A stretch of 64,000 nucleotides of DNA from a virus (lineage: Duplodnaviria; Caudoviricetes), in IMG/VR virus record IMGVR_UViG_3300029976_000159, positions 32,001 to 96,000 of that record; one strand, given 5' to 3'. Each line of letters opens with the position of its first letter. The stretch's first letter is position 1. The notes beneath the pieces are model-generated. The model did no database searches. It worked only from the letters and a program-made list of their open reading frames with translations, and was not told the origin of the DNA. This document shows, in pieces, positions 25,801 through 35,861 of this stretch. The position numbers and the translations under genes are program-made.

Positions 25801-26711
25801 CGCAACGGCTTTTTTAAACTATAATCCTCGCATTGACTTTTTATTTTTAATATCGCTTCATTAGCTATTGTTATTACATCTTCGTTATAATGCGCAAAGT
25901 ATTCTCTTATCTCTTTATCAGACATCATATAGGTTGTCGCATAAAATGCTTCAACTTCTCGTTCTCCGTTTTGAGATTTAAGATAAATACTATGCGCCTC
26001 TGCATCTTCTTTAGTTAAATAATGAGAATCTGTGCTTACTACATAAGGAATATTTAATGCGTGAGATAAGTTAATTAATTTATGATTGACTATATCTTGT
26101 TCATTATCTCTCTTGGCGGGCGGTTGTAACTCTAAATAGAAGTTATCTTTGCCAAAAATTGATTGTATATAATGTATCCAATTAATTATTTTCTCTCTTG
26201 GATACTTTTCATCTAAAAGTTTAGTATCTAAAAATCCACCCAAACAAGCATTCAATGCAATAAGATGACCAGAATCTTTTTGAACAATCTCTTCTAAATC
26301 TCGATAATAAGTTGGGACTCTTCTCATTTTATTTTTCATCCAACTTCTTTTCCAAGCTCTTGTAGATAATTGTCGCAGCTGTTTGTGACCTACAGCGTCT
26401 TTAGCCAAGAGAATAAAGTGATAATACTTATCTTCTGTCGGATCAAAATTATCTGATGTTAAATCATTTCTACATAGATAAATTTCATTGCCTAATATTA
26501 ATTTAAAATTTGGGTGAGTTTTCCTTATTTCTTCGTAATGTTCAGAAATATTCATATGACCACTTAAACACTCGTGATCTGTTATAGCGACTACTTCGTG
26601 TCCCAATTCAATGCTATAATCTATTAAATCATTTAAATGAATAATGCAATCTCTTAAACGAATATTTGAATATTCAGAGTGGTTATGCAATGAACCAGCA
26701 TAATGTTGCAT
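22884..26711 (-). CDS. dnaE: DNA polymerase III alpha subunit (family C)
   Basis: PHP domain (LHNHSEYS, AITDHE, DSHY), ARGSGGG, DVDID, HAGG, KYDLL, YAFNRAH; 1275 aa with no TAG. Confidence 0.95.
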   Translation of the reverse strand: MQHYAGSLHNHSEYSNIRLRDCIIHLNDLIDYSIELGHEVVAITDHECLSGHMNISEHYEEIRKTHPNFKLILGNEIYLCRNDLTSDNFDPTEDKYYHFILLAKDAVGHKQLRQLSTRAWKRSWMKNKMRRVPTYYRDLEEIVQKDSGHLIALNACLGGFLDTKLLDEKYPREKIINWIHYIQSIFGKDNFYLELQPPAKRDNEQDIVNHKLINLSHALNIPYVVSTDSHYLTKEDAEAHSIYLKSQNGEREVEAFYATTYMMSDKEIREYFAHYNEDVITIANEAILKIKSQCEDYSLKKPLRIPELKWHNPTERNTIELDDWFTRIPSLQTFYYSDYQGDKTLALEIIDRMIENKNGDLLNQKMYEAVEECLDVTWRSSVKNNAHWSAYFLNLQQIIDYIWESGNIVGAARGSGGGFVLLYVLGIIQINRLRENTQLYYWRFLNPSRVTVVDVDIDISGAKRESILEYLRERYTEERMAGVATFGTESTKSALITAARGLGLDVDYSQYVSSLIPSDRGHVRTLKQCYYGDENKGFLPVKAFVQEMNENPKLWKTAQKIENLICRLGSHAGGIIFVDEDFDESVSLMRTPEGTLVTGYELHAAEKTSLIKYDLLSIEAIDKIQTCLSLLLKDGIIEDQGNIKNTYEKYIGIYNLERDNPKMWEMLHRHEIYSLFQMEQESGIKGIALIKPKSVDELAVLNSVIRLMAPEKGAEQPLEKWARYRKNIKAWYREMNQWGLNYEEIEWLSKHPAFTDGICESQEGMMQLVQEKRLGGNSLDFADMTRKAIAKKQGKLFEDCERMFFERVKEKHCSENLARYVWNVAFAIQRGYAFNRAHTLGYSLIGLQEMNLAYRFPIIYWNCACLISDSGSINPEDATDYKKMARAIGNTRKMGTAVLLPDINRAESSFSLDRKHNEIIYGLKGLVNVGEDIIEQIIRNRPYVSIKDFFNRNKINKQPAISLIKGGAFDSLEPNRKFAMAWYIWNTCDRKQKINLQNLSTLIKKQLIPTGDDFVSAKKVFEFNRYLKDRCKQENDTSNYYLDERALNFLCAIGWDDIIDGTILNKKSWDKVYQSYMDVFRDWMKDNQQEILNKLNTKIFLEAWNKNAKGTISAWEMEALCFYYHEHELALVNKEKYGITNFETIGEEPKVEKTYKRGDSTIILYKIYKICGTCIAKDKNKANISLLTTEGVVNVKFRKEYFALFDKQISEIQADGSKKITEKSWFNRGSKLIIQGIRRGNNFMAKKYNSTPCHTLYKIEEVLDNGDIILQDERA

Positions 26712-26743
26712 CTAAGTCGCCTCCTATTTTTATTTTCATATAT

Positions 26744-26772
26744 ATAATACCATATTTATTTAAATTATTCAA
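26744..26772 (-). promoter_or_regulatory. Sigma-A-type promoter upstream of dnaE
   Basis: TTGAAT-17-TATTAT with extended TG. Confidence 0.65.
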
Positions 26773-26840
26773 CTATAATTTTTATAAGGAAAATCTCGTC
26801 ACAATCAACAAGTATTGTTCTGCTTTCAATATACCCTAAA

Positions 26841-27872
26841 TTATTCTATCTCATAAGTTATTTTACTATTATATGTAGTGATTTCCAACTTATTTTCATC
26901 GTATCCTTCCCGAGATGTATCAAAAAGTACTATAATATCATCGGGGTGAAAAGTTACAATTCCCTCTTGGAGAGATACATACAACATATTTTTCGAAGAT
27001 ACTGCAGGCTTAAGCGGAATCTTCTTAAGAATGTTATTACTTCCGTATACTTTTATCTTATCTCCGTAATATCTTGATTCTGTAAGTAAATCCGCAAACG
27101 CATCTAGATCAAATACTGGACCAATTAGAGTTTTTTCTTCATAGTGTAATTTGAATAATTTCTCTGTGGTTTGAAAATCGTTTTTTCTACAAGTAGTACG
27201 TTTTACATCTTTATACCATATGACATCAAAATCTTCAGGCGCATTTTGCTCTGATATAAAAACGTAATTCTTTTTACTAATTTTTCTAACCCAATTCCAA
27301 AAGTGAGTATAATCCATTTTTGGCTGATTACTATAACCGTATTTTTTAGTTCCTTGGTACGGTGGATCAAGATAAATCACAGCGTCTTGGATATTCTCAT
27401 CTAAGTCCCAATAATTTTGACACTTAAACTTAATTCCTTGCAAATTTGGGGCTTGCGCTTTTAGGTTATTATAAGCTTCTACGTAATAGTTGCGCCCTGG
27501 TGTATTTCGAGCGAAACCGAGCGGGAATCCACCATTACTATAACTGCCGAGAAATTCTATTGCGCCTATTTCTGCAAGCGTCATATCTGAGGGCATAACT
27601 CCATCTTTAACATAACCCTTACCTTTGTCCCATTGTTCTCTATTACCGTCTGTTGGAATTTTATCAAAATCTTCAGCTGATTGTTCCAAGAGAGCAATTA
27701 GTGTGTCACTTCTGTCATAAGCGTATTTATTTTTACATTTAATTTTATCTATTATATTACAACCACCGCAAAAACATTCAATATAAGTTTTTACGTTATT
27801 ATCATCAATTGTCTTTTGAAGTATAGGAACAATATACTTTGCATATCTAGCCTTAGAACCCATATAAATCAT
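26841..27872 (-). CDS. DNA adenine methyltransferase (Dam/D12 class) with C-terminal extension
   Basis: YMGSK, ECFCGG, YLDPPY, FISE motifs. Confidence 0.85.
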   Translation of the reverse strand: MIYMGSKARYAKYIVPILQKTIDDNNVKTYIECFCGGCNIIDKIKCKNKYAYDRSDTLIALLEQSAEDFDKIPTDGNREQWDKGKGYVKDGVMPSDMTLAEIGAIEFLGSYSNGGFPLGFARNTPGRNYYVEAYNNLKAQAPNLQGIKFKCQNYWDLDENIQDAVIYLDPPYQGTKKYGYSNQPKMDYTHFWNWVRKISKKNYVFISEQNAPEDFDVIWYKDVKRTTCRKNDFQTTEKLFKLHYEEKTLIGPVFDLDAFADLLTESRYYGDKIKVYGSNNILKKIPLKPAVSSKNMLYVSLQEGIVTFHPDDIIVLFDTSREGYDENKLEITTYNSKITYEIE

Positions 27873-28528
27873 TAATTTACCCTCCTTATCCAGTGACAAA
27901 TGGTTTCTTTAGTTTCTTTGCGCTTGTCCCATATAAACCATGCATAGGCTTGCGCAGAAGAAGCTTTAACGCTTGTATCTCCACCTTTATAACATTGGAT
28001 TCTGTCCACGTATATATAGACATCTGTCGGCGGATTTTTAGATAGAATGGTATCGTATCGATTTTTTCCCTCCAAAAACTGGAGTCGTCCAAGCATAATT
28101 ATCCCTTCTTGCGCCATTTCTAAGGCTCTAATCGTGAAGGGTTCTATGGTTGCGTAAGGGGGATTCATAATAATCCAATCTACCTCAGGTAAGTCGATTC
28201 CATAATTATCAGCCAAAAAATCATTTTTTTCTCCAAAATCAATAACAACTTTATTAGAAAATTTATTTTTTCTTTCTTGAAACTCTGTACTAATTAAGCG
28301 CACATTTTTTTGATTATTTCTTGAGAGATAATCCGCAATACCAGCGCTCATGTGTCCCTCGCCGGCGCAAGGTTCAAGAATTATTTTATTTGAAAAATCA
28401 TAGTTTAAAACAGATAATATGTTTTCCACTTCTTCCGTTGGAGTTGCATAATAATCGAACTGATCTCTCGTTTTATGATTTTTATCATAACTATTATATA
28501 ATCCTTTGGTTGTATAATTTTCAGCCAT
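27872..28528 (-). CDS. Amino-DNA methyltransferase (probably N6-adenine)
   Basis: DYYATP, ILEPCAGEG, IMNPPY, YAWFIW. Confidence 0.85.
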   Translation of the reverse strand: MAENYTTKGLYNSYDKNHKTRDQFDYYATPTEEVENILSVLNYDFSNKIILEPCAGEGHMSAGIADYLSRNNQKNVRLISTEFQERKNKFSNKVVIDFGEKNDFLADNYGIDLPEVDWIIMNPPYATIEPFTIRALEMAQEGIIMLGRLQFLEGKNRYDTILSKNPPTDVYIYVDRIQCYKGGDTSVKASSAQAYAWFIWDKRKETKETICHWIRRVN

Positions 28529-28763
28529 TTTCTTTACCCACCATTCTTTCTATCGCCTCATTAGCTTTTTCCTCAGCTACAGCTAATAAGACCTTTTGTA
28601 TGATAAATGCTACAGTTCCCATAGTTGTAGCGTTATCTATTAAATATTTTGAAAATTTTTCACTTTCTACTACCTTTTGGACTTCATTTAAATCGACCTC
28701 TACTTCATATGCTTCATCAGTTGTCGATATTACGTTGCCAAGCGGCAAAGGCATTTCTTCCAT
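28521..28763 (-). CDS. Hypothetical protein
   Basis: 80-aa ORF with AAGGAG RBS. Confidence 0.65.
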   Translation of the reverse strand: MEEMPLPLGNVISTTDEAYEVEVDLNEVQKVVESEKFSKYLIDNATTMGTVAFIIQKVLLAVAEEKANEAIERMVGKENG

Positions 28764-28774
28764 ATTATTCTCCT

Positions 28775-29926
28775 TTAATAATTTCTAATTATTGTCAGCC
28801 GATCTACAGCTCTAGTAATCGCCGTATAAAGCCATCTCGCATACTCAGTACCATAGAGAGTTTCATCTAAGACCAAAACCTTAGAATATTCGCCACCCTG
28901 AGCCTTATGTACTGTAATAGCGTACGCATAATCAAACAATGTCTTAGGGTGAAAGCCTCGAGGAATCTCAGTATAGGTTTTTTTGTTAATAGTTGGCTCA
29001 CCAGTTAAAAATAAATTATAGTCAGCTGATAATTTAACAAAAGTATTTTCAGGTTTTTGTAAATCGGTATTAAAATTAATTACCATTTTTTTATTTGTAT
29101 AGGGTTGTGGAGTTAAAGAAATTTTTGTTAATTGTCCTGTTAATCCATTAGTGAGAAAATCTCCAACGCCATTTTGAATTTTCCAATTGTTGCGCAAACA
29201 AATTATTTTATCTCCAACTTGAGGTTCTAGTTTACCGGGAAATTTTTGCTGGCGCACATAAGTATTAATCATATGACGAGTTTTATTTTTTCCGCATAAA
29301 ACTTGATCAGCCCATGTAAGCATACCATCTACAAAATCTTTTTTATCAAAAATTTGTACTTCTTTACCTTTCATCAAAGGTAGGGATTTTCCATTTCTTA
29401 CATCCATTGATAAACGAATAATTTCACTTTCTTGCGCTTGACGCATTATTTCATCTAAAAAAATATGCGCATGAGCCAGTATTCCATTATCTTCACCAAT
29501 TGGCGGTAATTGAAATGGATCACCTAAAGCAATAATCGGTATATGATGGCTTAATAATAAATTCCACAATTCCTTTGGTAACATAGAAATTTCATCTACA
29601 ACTATTAATTTATAATTTCCTAAATAACGCTTTGGAGTTAATATACATTCACCGGTTTTGTGAACAAAATATACGTCGTATAATAATCTATGCGTGGTTG
29701 TTGCATTAGGATTACCTTTTGACTGTAATACTTGTGTTGCACGACCTGTATATGCCGTATAATACACATCTGTAACTGGATCTAATCCCATAGCATCAAT
29801 AATGAAATGTACTAAAGTTGTTTTGCCAGAACCTGCCAGACCAGCAATACAAGTATAGGGTTCTTTATTTTTAAACCGTTCGAGCGCAATCTTTAATCCT
29901 TCTTCTTGTTTTTGCGTTAATACCAT
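28775..29926 (-). CDS. RecD/Dda-like SF1B helicase
   Basis: GLAGSGKTT, VDEISM, GDPFQLPP, YAITVHKAQG, LYTAITRA. Confidence 0.9.
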   Translation of the reverse strand: MVLTQKQEEGLKIALERFKNKEPYTCIAGLAGSGKTTLVHFIIDAMGLDPVTDVYYTAYTGRATQVLQSKGNPNATTTHRLLYDVYFVHKTGECILTPKRYLGNYKLIVVDEISMLPKELWNLLLSHHIPIIALGDPFQLPPIGEDNGILAHAHIFLDEIMRQAQESEIIRLSMDVRNGKSLPLMKGKEVQIFDKKDFVDGMLTWADQVLCGKNKTRHMINTYVRQQKFPGKLEPQVGDKIICLRNNWKIQNGVGDFLTNGLTGQLTKISLTPQPYTNKKMVINFNTDLQKPENTFVKLSADYNLFLTGEPTINKKTYTEIPRGFHPKTLFDYAYAITVHKAQGGEYSKVLVLDETLYGTEYARWLYTAITRAVDRLTIIRNY

Positions 29927-29954
29927 TAATCTCTTTTCCTCCCCTCTTATTATA

Positions 29955-29983
29955 ATAATATCATATTTTTTTTGAAAAGTAAA
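29955..29983 (-). promoter_or_regulatory. Sigma-A-type promoter
   Basis: TTTACT-17-TATTAT with extended TG. Confidence 0.6.
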
Positions 29984-29993
29984 ATGAAGTGAA

Positions 29994-30326
29994 TTACTTC
30001 ACTTCATTTTGTAATATATCCCATAAATCTTCTATTGTTTTTAATGATATGGGATTATTCTCTGCGTCTATTACCGCGCTATCACTCCAAGTTTTGTTGC
30101 CGCAATCCAACTCATATACCCAGTATGAAATCCACTCGTTTTTATCGTCCATGATTCGCTCCAAAAGCTCAAGAACATCAGAAACAAGGTTGGGCATATA
30201 AATTCCACTTGGATAATATCTTTCATTAGATTTATTATAAAAGTGCAGTGTTTCATCTAATGCGTCTTGCAATTCAATCAAATCAACTACCCTTGTCATA
30301 TATTTAATAAAATCTTCTTTGTTCAT
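29994..30326 (-). CDS. Hypothetical protein
   Basis: AAGGAG RBS; WISYWVYELDCG. Confidence 0.65.
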   Translation of the reverse strand: MNKEDFIKYMTRVVDLIELQDALDETLHFYNKSNERYYPSGIYMPNLVSDVLELLERIMDDKNEWISYWVYELDCGNKTWSDSAVIDAENNPISLKTIEDLWDILQNEVK

Positions 30327-30423
30327 GATTTTTCTCCTTTTATGTAAATTTACAATCAAAATTTCTTAAACCCATTTTCGTTTTGGGTCGCGGTACTATG
30401 CGCTCGCGTACGGTCGGGGCAAG

Positions 30424-32424
30424 TCAAAAGTACCAGTTCTAAACCCCCACTATCTCGTAATCTTCTATTATTATTTGAGGAGTAATAGTACCATTCCACT
30501 CGTTTTTAACACATCTCCCTACGATATTTAATCTAGGCTGACTAAATTCAGAAGTTTGTAAGCTATCATATTCCTCTTGAGAAGATTTAAACTTAATACA
30601 AGCTAGCCCATTAGGTAAAATAATTTTTAAAGTGGGGTTTCGATCGGGTGACATGAGCCGTATGGTTGACGGAATAACGTTCTCGAACGCTAATTTAGGT
30701 TCCTCAACTCCCTGACCCCATAGATGCGATAACTGACAAATGCTTTCTAAATCTTGATAATCACCGGGAGTTATATCTCGATATATACGGTCTACCTTGT
30801 AAGTCGGTGTAAAATCAAAATCTTCTAAATATTCTTCCGTTCTTGTTATTAATTTAGCTATACACTTATCTGGAACGGAAACCCCAAACGCTTGCGCATG
30901 TCCCTGCGCATATCCGCCCCAGTTTTCCACTCCTATGTCCTCAAGCAATCCTCGGAAGTCGTGAAGCGCGCATCTACTATATCCTCTTCCAGACCCTATC
31001 CACCAAACTTCTCCATTTTCATCGATTGTTTCATTTAATAGTAATGTGGGGCGTTGATACTTATTCATAAGCACATTAGCTATTAATCCTGTTAAATTTC
31101 TATCACAACTTGTTGCTTTTGGTAATTGAACAATTAAAATTTTTTTATCTAATAAGTTATTACTCGCAATAATGTTTTCCGCAATTTCTAACCCGTGATC
31201 ACGTATTTTTGTTTGTTTATTTTTAACATTTCCGCACACTCTACAAGCTTGTTCATAAAGAATTTCTGTATCCCCCAAGTGATGTCCTCTCTTGGTTGAA
31301 GGTACTTTTTCACCGCCTTTAAATTCAAGCATCGATTCAAATACCAATATTTTTTCTTGTAAAGAACCCACTCTTATCGTTGCATTAACATAAGGTGCTA
31401 TATAAAAAGCAAAACCCGTAGGAGTTATTTCATTTCCTAAAGAAAATGAATTTTTCTTACACATTTCCCTTATGTAAGGATTGTTAATATTTGCTAAACC
31501 TTTTTCTATTAATCTCTTGGTTTCGGGTGATTTCAATGACATAACATCGGCAATATTACCCAATGCCACCAAATCAAGCATACAGTCGCTATATGCAGTA
31601 TGTCTTAGTTTATCTATATATTTGCAGAGTTTATATACAATGCCTACTCCAGATAAATTTTTGTTAGGATAATCACACAGTTGATTATTTACAACACAAG
31701 CATATTCACTCACTTTTGGAGCTTCATGATGGTCAAGAATAAGAACATTAATTCCTTTTTCTTTAAGTATTTTATGCTGTTCATAATCATTGCTTCCTGA
31801 ATCCGCACAAATAAGCAGTTCTGTATCTTTTGGAATTAAATCTAAATCTATTCCATGCTGCTTACCCTCATGCATAACATAAGTGATATTTTCGAAATTA
31901 GGAAATTGTTTATATAAATAATTAATAAGGAAGGCTGAGCTTGTAAAGCCATCTGCATCCGGTCTTTATACCTTGGCTTTCGCCAAGGAGTAGACCATAC
32001 CTTCTAACGTTTAAAACGTTAGTTCCTATTATGGTCGTTGAACGTCCCTCTGTTCTAGAGGTTTCGCTGCGTCTGGTTACCCAATCCCTAACAATGTTAC
32101 CATACCTCGGTCGCTAACCTTGCCGCTGTTATGTCCCTATAACAGTTTGGTTGTTAAGGCTCTAAGGGAGTTCCCGCAGTTTAAGGAATTTTAAGTGAAC
32201 CCTTAATGTTAATCCACTATTAAAGTTATATTATTATTTCGCTCAATAGAATTAATTAATAAATTAGCCGCTTCATCTATATTATCCAAAAGCTCAGGAG
32301 CTAATATATCATCATCCGTAGTATTTAAATACGGTTCTATTTCATCTAAACTAAAGCCTCTATTAATGAATACTTGCGTTAATAGACTATTCTCTTGTTT
32401 GCTATTAATTAATTCATAATGCAA
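30424..32424 (-). CDS. recJ: RecJ-like ssDNA exonuclease (DHH family), split by a group I intron; exons 32424-32212 and 31962-30424
   Basis: Splicing restores IVDPDADGFTS. LDHH, DLVALGNIAD, GSGRG and GHAQAFG motifs. TAG at 30439 reads through to QNWYF-TGA. Confidence 0.9.
31963..32211 (-). ncRNA. ORF-less group I intron (~249 nt) in recJ
   Basis: P1: exon GUGGAU pairs with IGS GUUCAC (terminal U-G). Core elements AAACTGCGGGAA, ACGCAGC, GTTCAACGACCAT and AAGGTATGGTCT (P7 GACCA/UGGUC). P9 CCTTGGC-GAAA-GCCAAGG. Confidence 0.9.
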
Positions 32425-32439
32425 TTCTTCTCCTCCTTT

Positions 32440-33546
32440 TCATAATATTATTCGTTCATTAAATAATTTTAAAAAAGTTTCCTTATCTTTGTCAAAAGGA
32501 CTATCTTTATAATTTAATATCATATGTTTATCAAAAATAAAAGAAATTAGACAGTACTTTGAATATTTTTTATTTATTTTAATTAAAGTGCGCGTTAATT
32601 TCTTAAATTCATCATCATTAATCTCCTGAAACTGTCTATCAAACGCTACACAAATTTCTTTAACTCCTAAAGCCAAGAGCAAAGAAACTTGATAGGTTGA
32701 TAAATTACTACCGCAACACGCAACCGTAATATTATTTTCATCACCGAGATATTCAATACTTTTAAGTACTGATTTTTCAGCTTCGGCTACAATTGCGCAT
32801 TTAACTTTTGATATATTATCTTTTGCCCAATTTAATCCATATAAATTCATTCCAAGAGGATGAGAATACAGAATATCGTTGACTTTAATTGGGCGATATT
32901 TTCCGTATTTTTCAGCATCAGCCGCGCAAAGGGTGCGCCCGCGCAGACCGATAAAATTTCCATCTAGATCAAAGTGCGGTATTGTGATTAAATCCTCACC
33001 GGGATAAAAGCCCACTTGCCCCTTGCGCATTGTTCCTTTTGATATGCCCTCGCGCATCCAAGGTAAAATGTTTATATTATAATTAAATCGAGATAATATA
33101 TCACTATTATATTGTTTAAAATTATATCTCTTTTTTCTGTTTGCGGTTTCATGTATCTGTTCGTAAGAGCGGAAAATAGACCAATCCTCTAATTCATCCT
33201 CTTGGTTAAAAGCTGATACTGTACCAACTATTCCAAATCTATTGGCTATATATCTTACAGCATCGTTTAAATCCCAGTCTAAATCATGTTGTAAAGACAT
33301 TACTTTAATACATAATTCAAAAATATCGAATACATCATTTTCGCAACCAGTAAAACATTTACATAATTCCGTATTAAAATAATAATAGAGTTTGCGGCTT
33401 CCTTGTCCCGGTAAATTATGACATATTGTAGTGCTTACAATTGCGTTATCGGTTACTTCAGGATCGCCGCCCCACTCTTGAAACAATTCAAAAATATTAT
33501 CTTGTGTTAATTCTTGTTTAACTTCGTCTTTATCATAATTAATCAT
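32440..33546 (-). CDS. dnaG: DNA primase (DnaG-like)
   Basis: Zn-binding CH...CFTGC, IPHF, RGR, LYGLN, TOPRIM EAEKS and AFD. Confidence 0.85.
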   Translation of the reverse strand: MINYDKDEVKQELTQDNIFELFQEWGGDPEVTDNAIVSTTICHNLPGQGSRKLYYYFNTELCKCFTGCENDVFDIFELCIKVMSLQHDLDWDLNDAVRYIANRFGIVGTVSAFNQEDELEDWSIFRSYEQIHETANRKKRYNFKQYNSDILSRFNYNINILPWMREGISKGTMRKGQVGFYPGEDLITIPHFDLDGNFIGLRGRTLCAADAEKYGKYRPIKVNDILYSHPLGMNLYGLNWAKDNISKVKCAIVAEAEKSVLKSIEYLGDENNITVACCGSNLSTYQVSLLLALGVKEICVAFDRQFQEINDDEFKKLTRTLIKINKKYSKYCLISFIFDKHMILNYKDSPFDKDKETFLKLFNERIIL

Positions 33547-33721
33547 AATTAGTGAGTCATAACTTTTCGACAGGGATACAGAGGATTGATTTCTCTATTT
33601 ACATATTCACACAAATATTTTTGATCTGTACCTTTAATCTTTTTCTTTTTCTTTATCTTTAACAATCTGCTCGTCATTTTCGGTGACATTGTATATTCTG
33701 AATACATTTTTCATCTCTCCT

Positions 33722-35251
33722 TTAAAAAGCACTCGGTTCGTCTACAACAATTTTTAAATTTTCTATTTCTTTTAATTCATAATCATAACCAGTACAAAAC
33801 ATTGGTTGTATTCTACAGGTTCCTAAATCAGCTTTGCACCAAAGGTAAACACCTTTCCATCGTCCTCGTCTATTTTTATAAATGGATATTTTAAGAGTGG
33901 GTGTATCGAAACAACCAGAGCATAGAACAGGTTCAAGAGCTACTAAATCTTCTTGCCGAACATTAAGTAATATCATACCTACATCTATTTTATCTCCGAT
34001 AGATTTTGCTCCTCGAAGAAGGTTTTGGTCTGGAGTGGCGCTTGTTTGATAATCAGCGTTTAGCTGAGTTGCCGAAAGTAAGAATATTTCCAACTGGTTA
34101 CACAAATCCTTGAGGCGAATTGCCATCATGAATAATATATTATCTTCTCTGAGTTTAACTCCACCCGAGCGTTTAGTAATCTCTTCTAGAATTTTCATAC
34201 TCGTATGAATATAATCATAAACAACGTAACGAATATCAAAATCTCGTACTGCTTTTTTAATTCTATTCTCTACATCTTGTAAAGAAAAATCCGGCATTTC
34301 GTCAACGTATAAGGGGCTATCTTGTAAAATTCTCGCCGCCTCCAATACTCGTTCTTCTTCATCTCCTGTATATTTGCCATTTAATATATGTTCTTCATTT
34401 ACATTAGATAAGAAAGCTAACATCATCGTTTGTACCTCACCTAAATCTTGTTCAGTAGTTATGTACAGGACTGGTTCTTTTTGTCCATTGTTTATCCATC
34501 CAAAATTTTCATCATAAATTTTATCACAAGCTATATAACAAGCATCCGCAATTAGCGATCGTGACTTTCCTGTTCCTGTAGCAGCAGAACGCAAGTAAAA
34601 CTTTTTTAATCTCGCCCCTCGCGTCACTGTATTGATAAGCGGACCGTAGAGCGGAACGCCCACCTCAGGATGTCGTTTTAAATCTTGAATTAATTCAAAG
34701 ATTCCTTCACCAGCGTTTACCGATTCGTCTGTGTTGTTATCTACATACTTAGAACGAATTTCATCTACTTGATTTATTACTTTTTGCGCAAGTTCTTCCA
34801 AAGACATTGTATCCAACAGTTCTTCTTGCTTTTGGCGCTTTTTTGTGTCTAAAATATTATCAGGATCGTACAAATAGCGCACATTTATACCATGGTTATC
34901 AAACTCACGTAATAAAGTCATTTTCTTCATGCGCCCATAATAATAATCAAAACTTGAAGAAATAGCTTTTTCCGCAATCTCCTTTATCCACTCATAACCA
35001 CGATTTTGATTAAAGACTGCTTCATATTGCGGACGACTTGCTAAATAATCATGTATGTTATCTAAGTTTATCTGTTTTGCACCTAGCTCATATAACTTAT
35101 ATATGGAGCCAAAAGCAATTCGATGAAATTCATTAGGAAAATCATCTTCAGAGAAAAAATATTTATCTGTAAAATCAAATAATGATGGATGATTATAAAT
35201 ATTTCCTATTACTTGGATAATTGCGGCTGTGTCAACATATTTTGAACCCAT
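33722..35251 (-). CDS. dnaB: Replicative DNA helicase (DnaB-like)
   Basis: AATGTGKS, YITTE, YDYI, ATQLN, KNRRG. Confidence 0.9.
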   Translation of the reverse strand: MGSKYVDTAAIIQVIGNIYNHPSLFDFTDKYFFSEDDFPNEFHRIAFGSIYKLYELGAKQINLDNIHDYLASRPQYEAVFNQNRGYEWIKEIAEKAISSSFDYYYGRMKKMTLLREFDNHGINVRYLYDPDNILDTKKRQKQEELLDTMSLEELAQKVINQVDEIRSKYVDNNTDESVNAGEGIFELIQDLKRHPEVGVPLYGPLINTVTRGARLKKFYLRSAATGTGKSRSLIADACYIACDKIYDENFGWINNGQKEPVLYITTEQDLGEVQTMMLAFLSNVNEEHILNGKYTGDEEERVLEAARILQDSPLYVDEMPDFSLQDVENRIKKAVRDFDIRYVVYDYIHTSMKILEEITKRSGGVKLREDNILFMMAIRLKDLCNQLEIFLLSATQLNADYQTSATPDQNLLRGAKSIGDKIDVGMILLNVRQEDLVALEPVLCSGCFDTPTLKISIYKNRRGRWKGVYLWCKADLGTCRIQPMFCTGYDYELKEIENLKIVVDEPSAF

Positions 35252-35772
35252 TATCCAACCTCCTCTTTATCTAAAAATGAAAAGATATTTTTTCTTTTTT
35301 TACGTTTTCTGTGTGGTTGGTCTATGTGAACTACTTCTTCTGTTGGGACAAAACCATCTATACTTTTTCCCAGATTAAGTTGTTGCGCTTCCCACAAAGC
35401 GTAATAATAATTGTAAGCTGCATCATAAGTATAAGGAACGATACCTATACCATCATTCGCTTTTTCTATTGGATTTTTCTTTACTTCAAAAAAATATTTA
35501 AGTGTTTTATAAATTCCTGAATATGTATATTTATAATCACGCATATAAGTTTGAATTTGCTTTTGTATTTTAGCATTTACTGTATTTGTATTAAACAAAT
35601 ACTTGATATATTCTTCAAGAGTTTTTTTATCTTGTTGCTCTTTAGTTTTTTCTTCTTCAGATTTATCTGCGCATTTTTTATGTGCGTAACGTCTGTTTGC
35701 AATTTGTACGAATGGTTCTTTATCTCGATCAAAGTGCTGACCGCACACCGCGCATTTTACTGTATGCGCCAT
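35251..35772 (-). CDS. Zn-finger protein, possible helicase loader/partner
   Basis: CAVC...HKKC, GIGIVPY; translationally coupled to dnaB. Confidence 0.55.
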   Translation of the reverse strand: MAHTVKCAVCGQHFDRDKEPFVQIANRRYAHKKCADKSEEEKTKEQQDKKTLEEYIKYLFNTNTVNAKIQKQIQTYMRDYKYTYSGIYKTLKYFFEVKKNPIEKANDGIGIVPYTYDAAYNYYYALWEAQQLNLGKSIDGFVPTEEVVHIDQPHRKRKKRKNIFSFLDKEEVG

Positions 35773-35795
35773 CGCTTTCACCTTTCTTTTTATTT

Positions 35796-35824
35796 ATAAT
35801 ATCATATTTTTTATATAAAATCAA
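35796..35824 (-). promoter_or_regulatory. Sigma-A-type promoter
   Basis: TTGATT-17-TATTAT with extended TG. Confidence 0.65.
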
Positions 35825-35861
35825 AGGGATTAACCTTTTATTAGATTAATCCCTTAATAAT

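Noticed and set aside
22884-26711. Intein in dnaE, dnaB or gyrA
   Set aside because: Lengths are ordinary and I saw no C...HN splice motifs or LAGLIDADG blocks
33549-33714. Small gene between dnaB and primase
   Set aside because: Only short competing frames (37 aa, or a possibly frameshifted one); cannot be resolved without homologues
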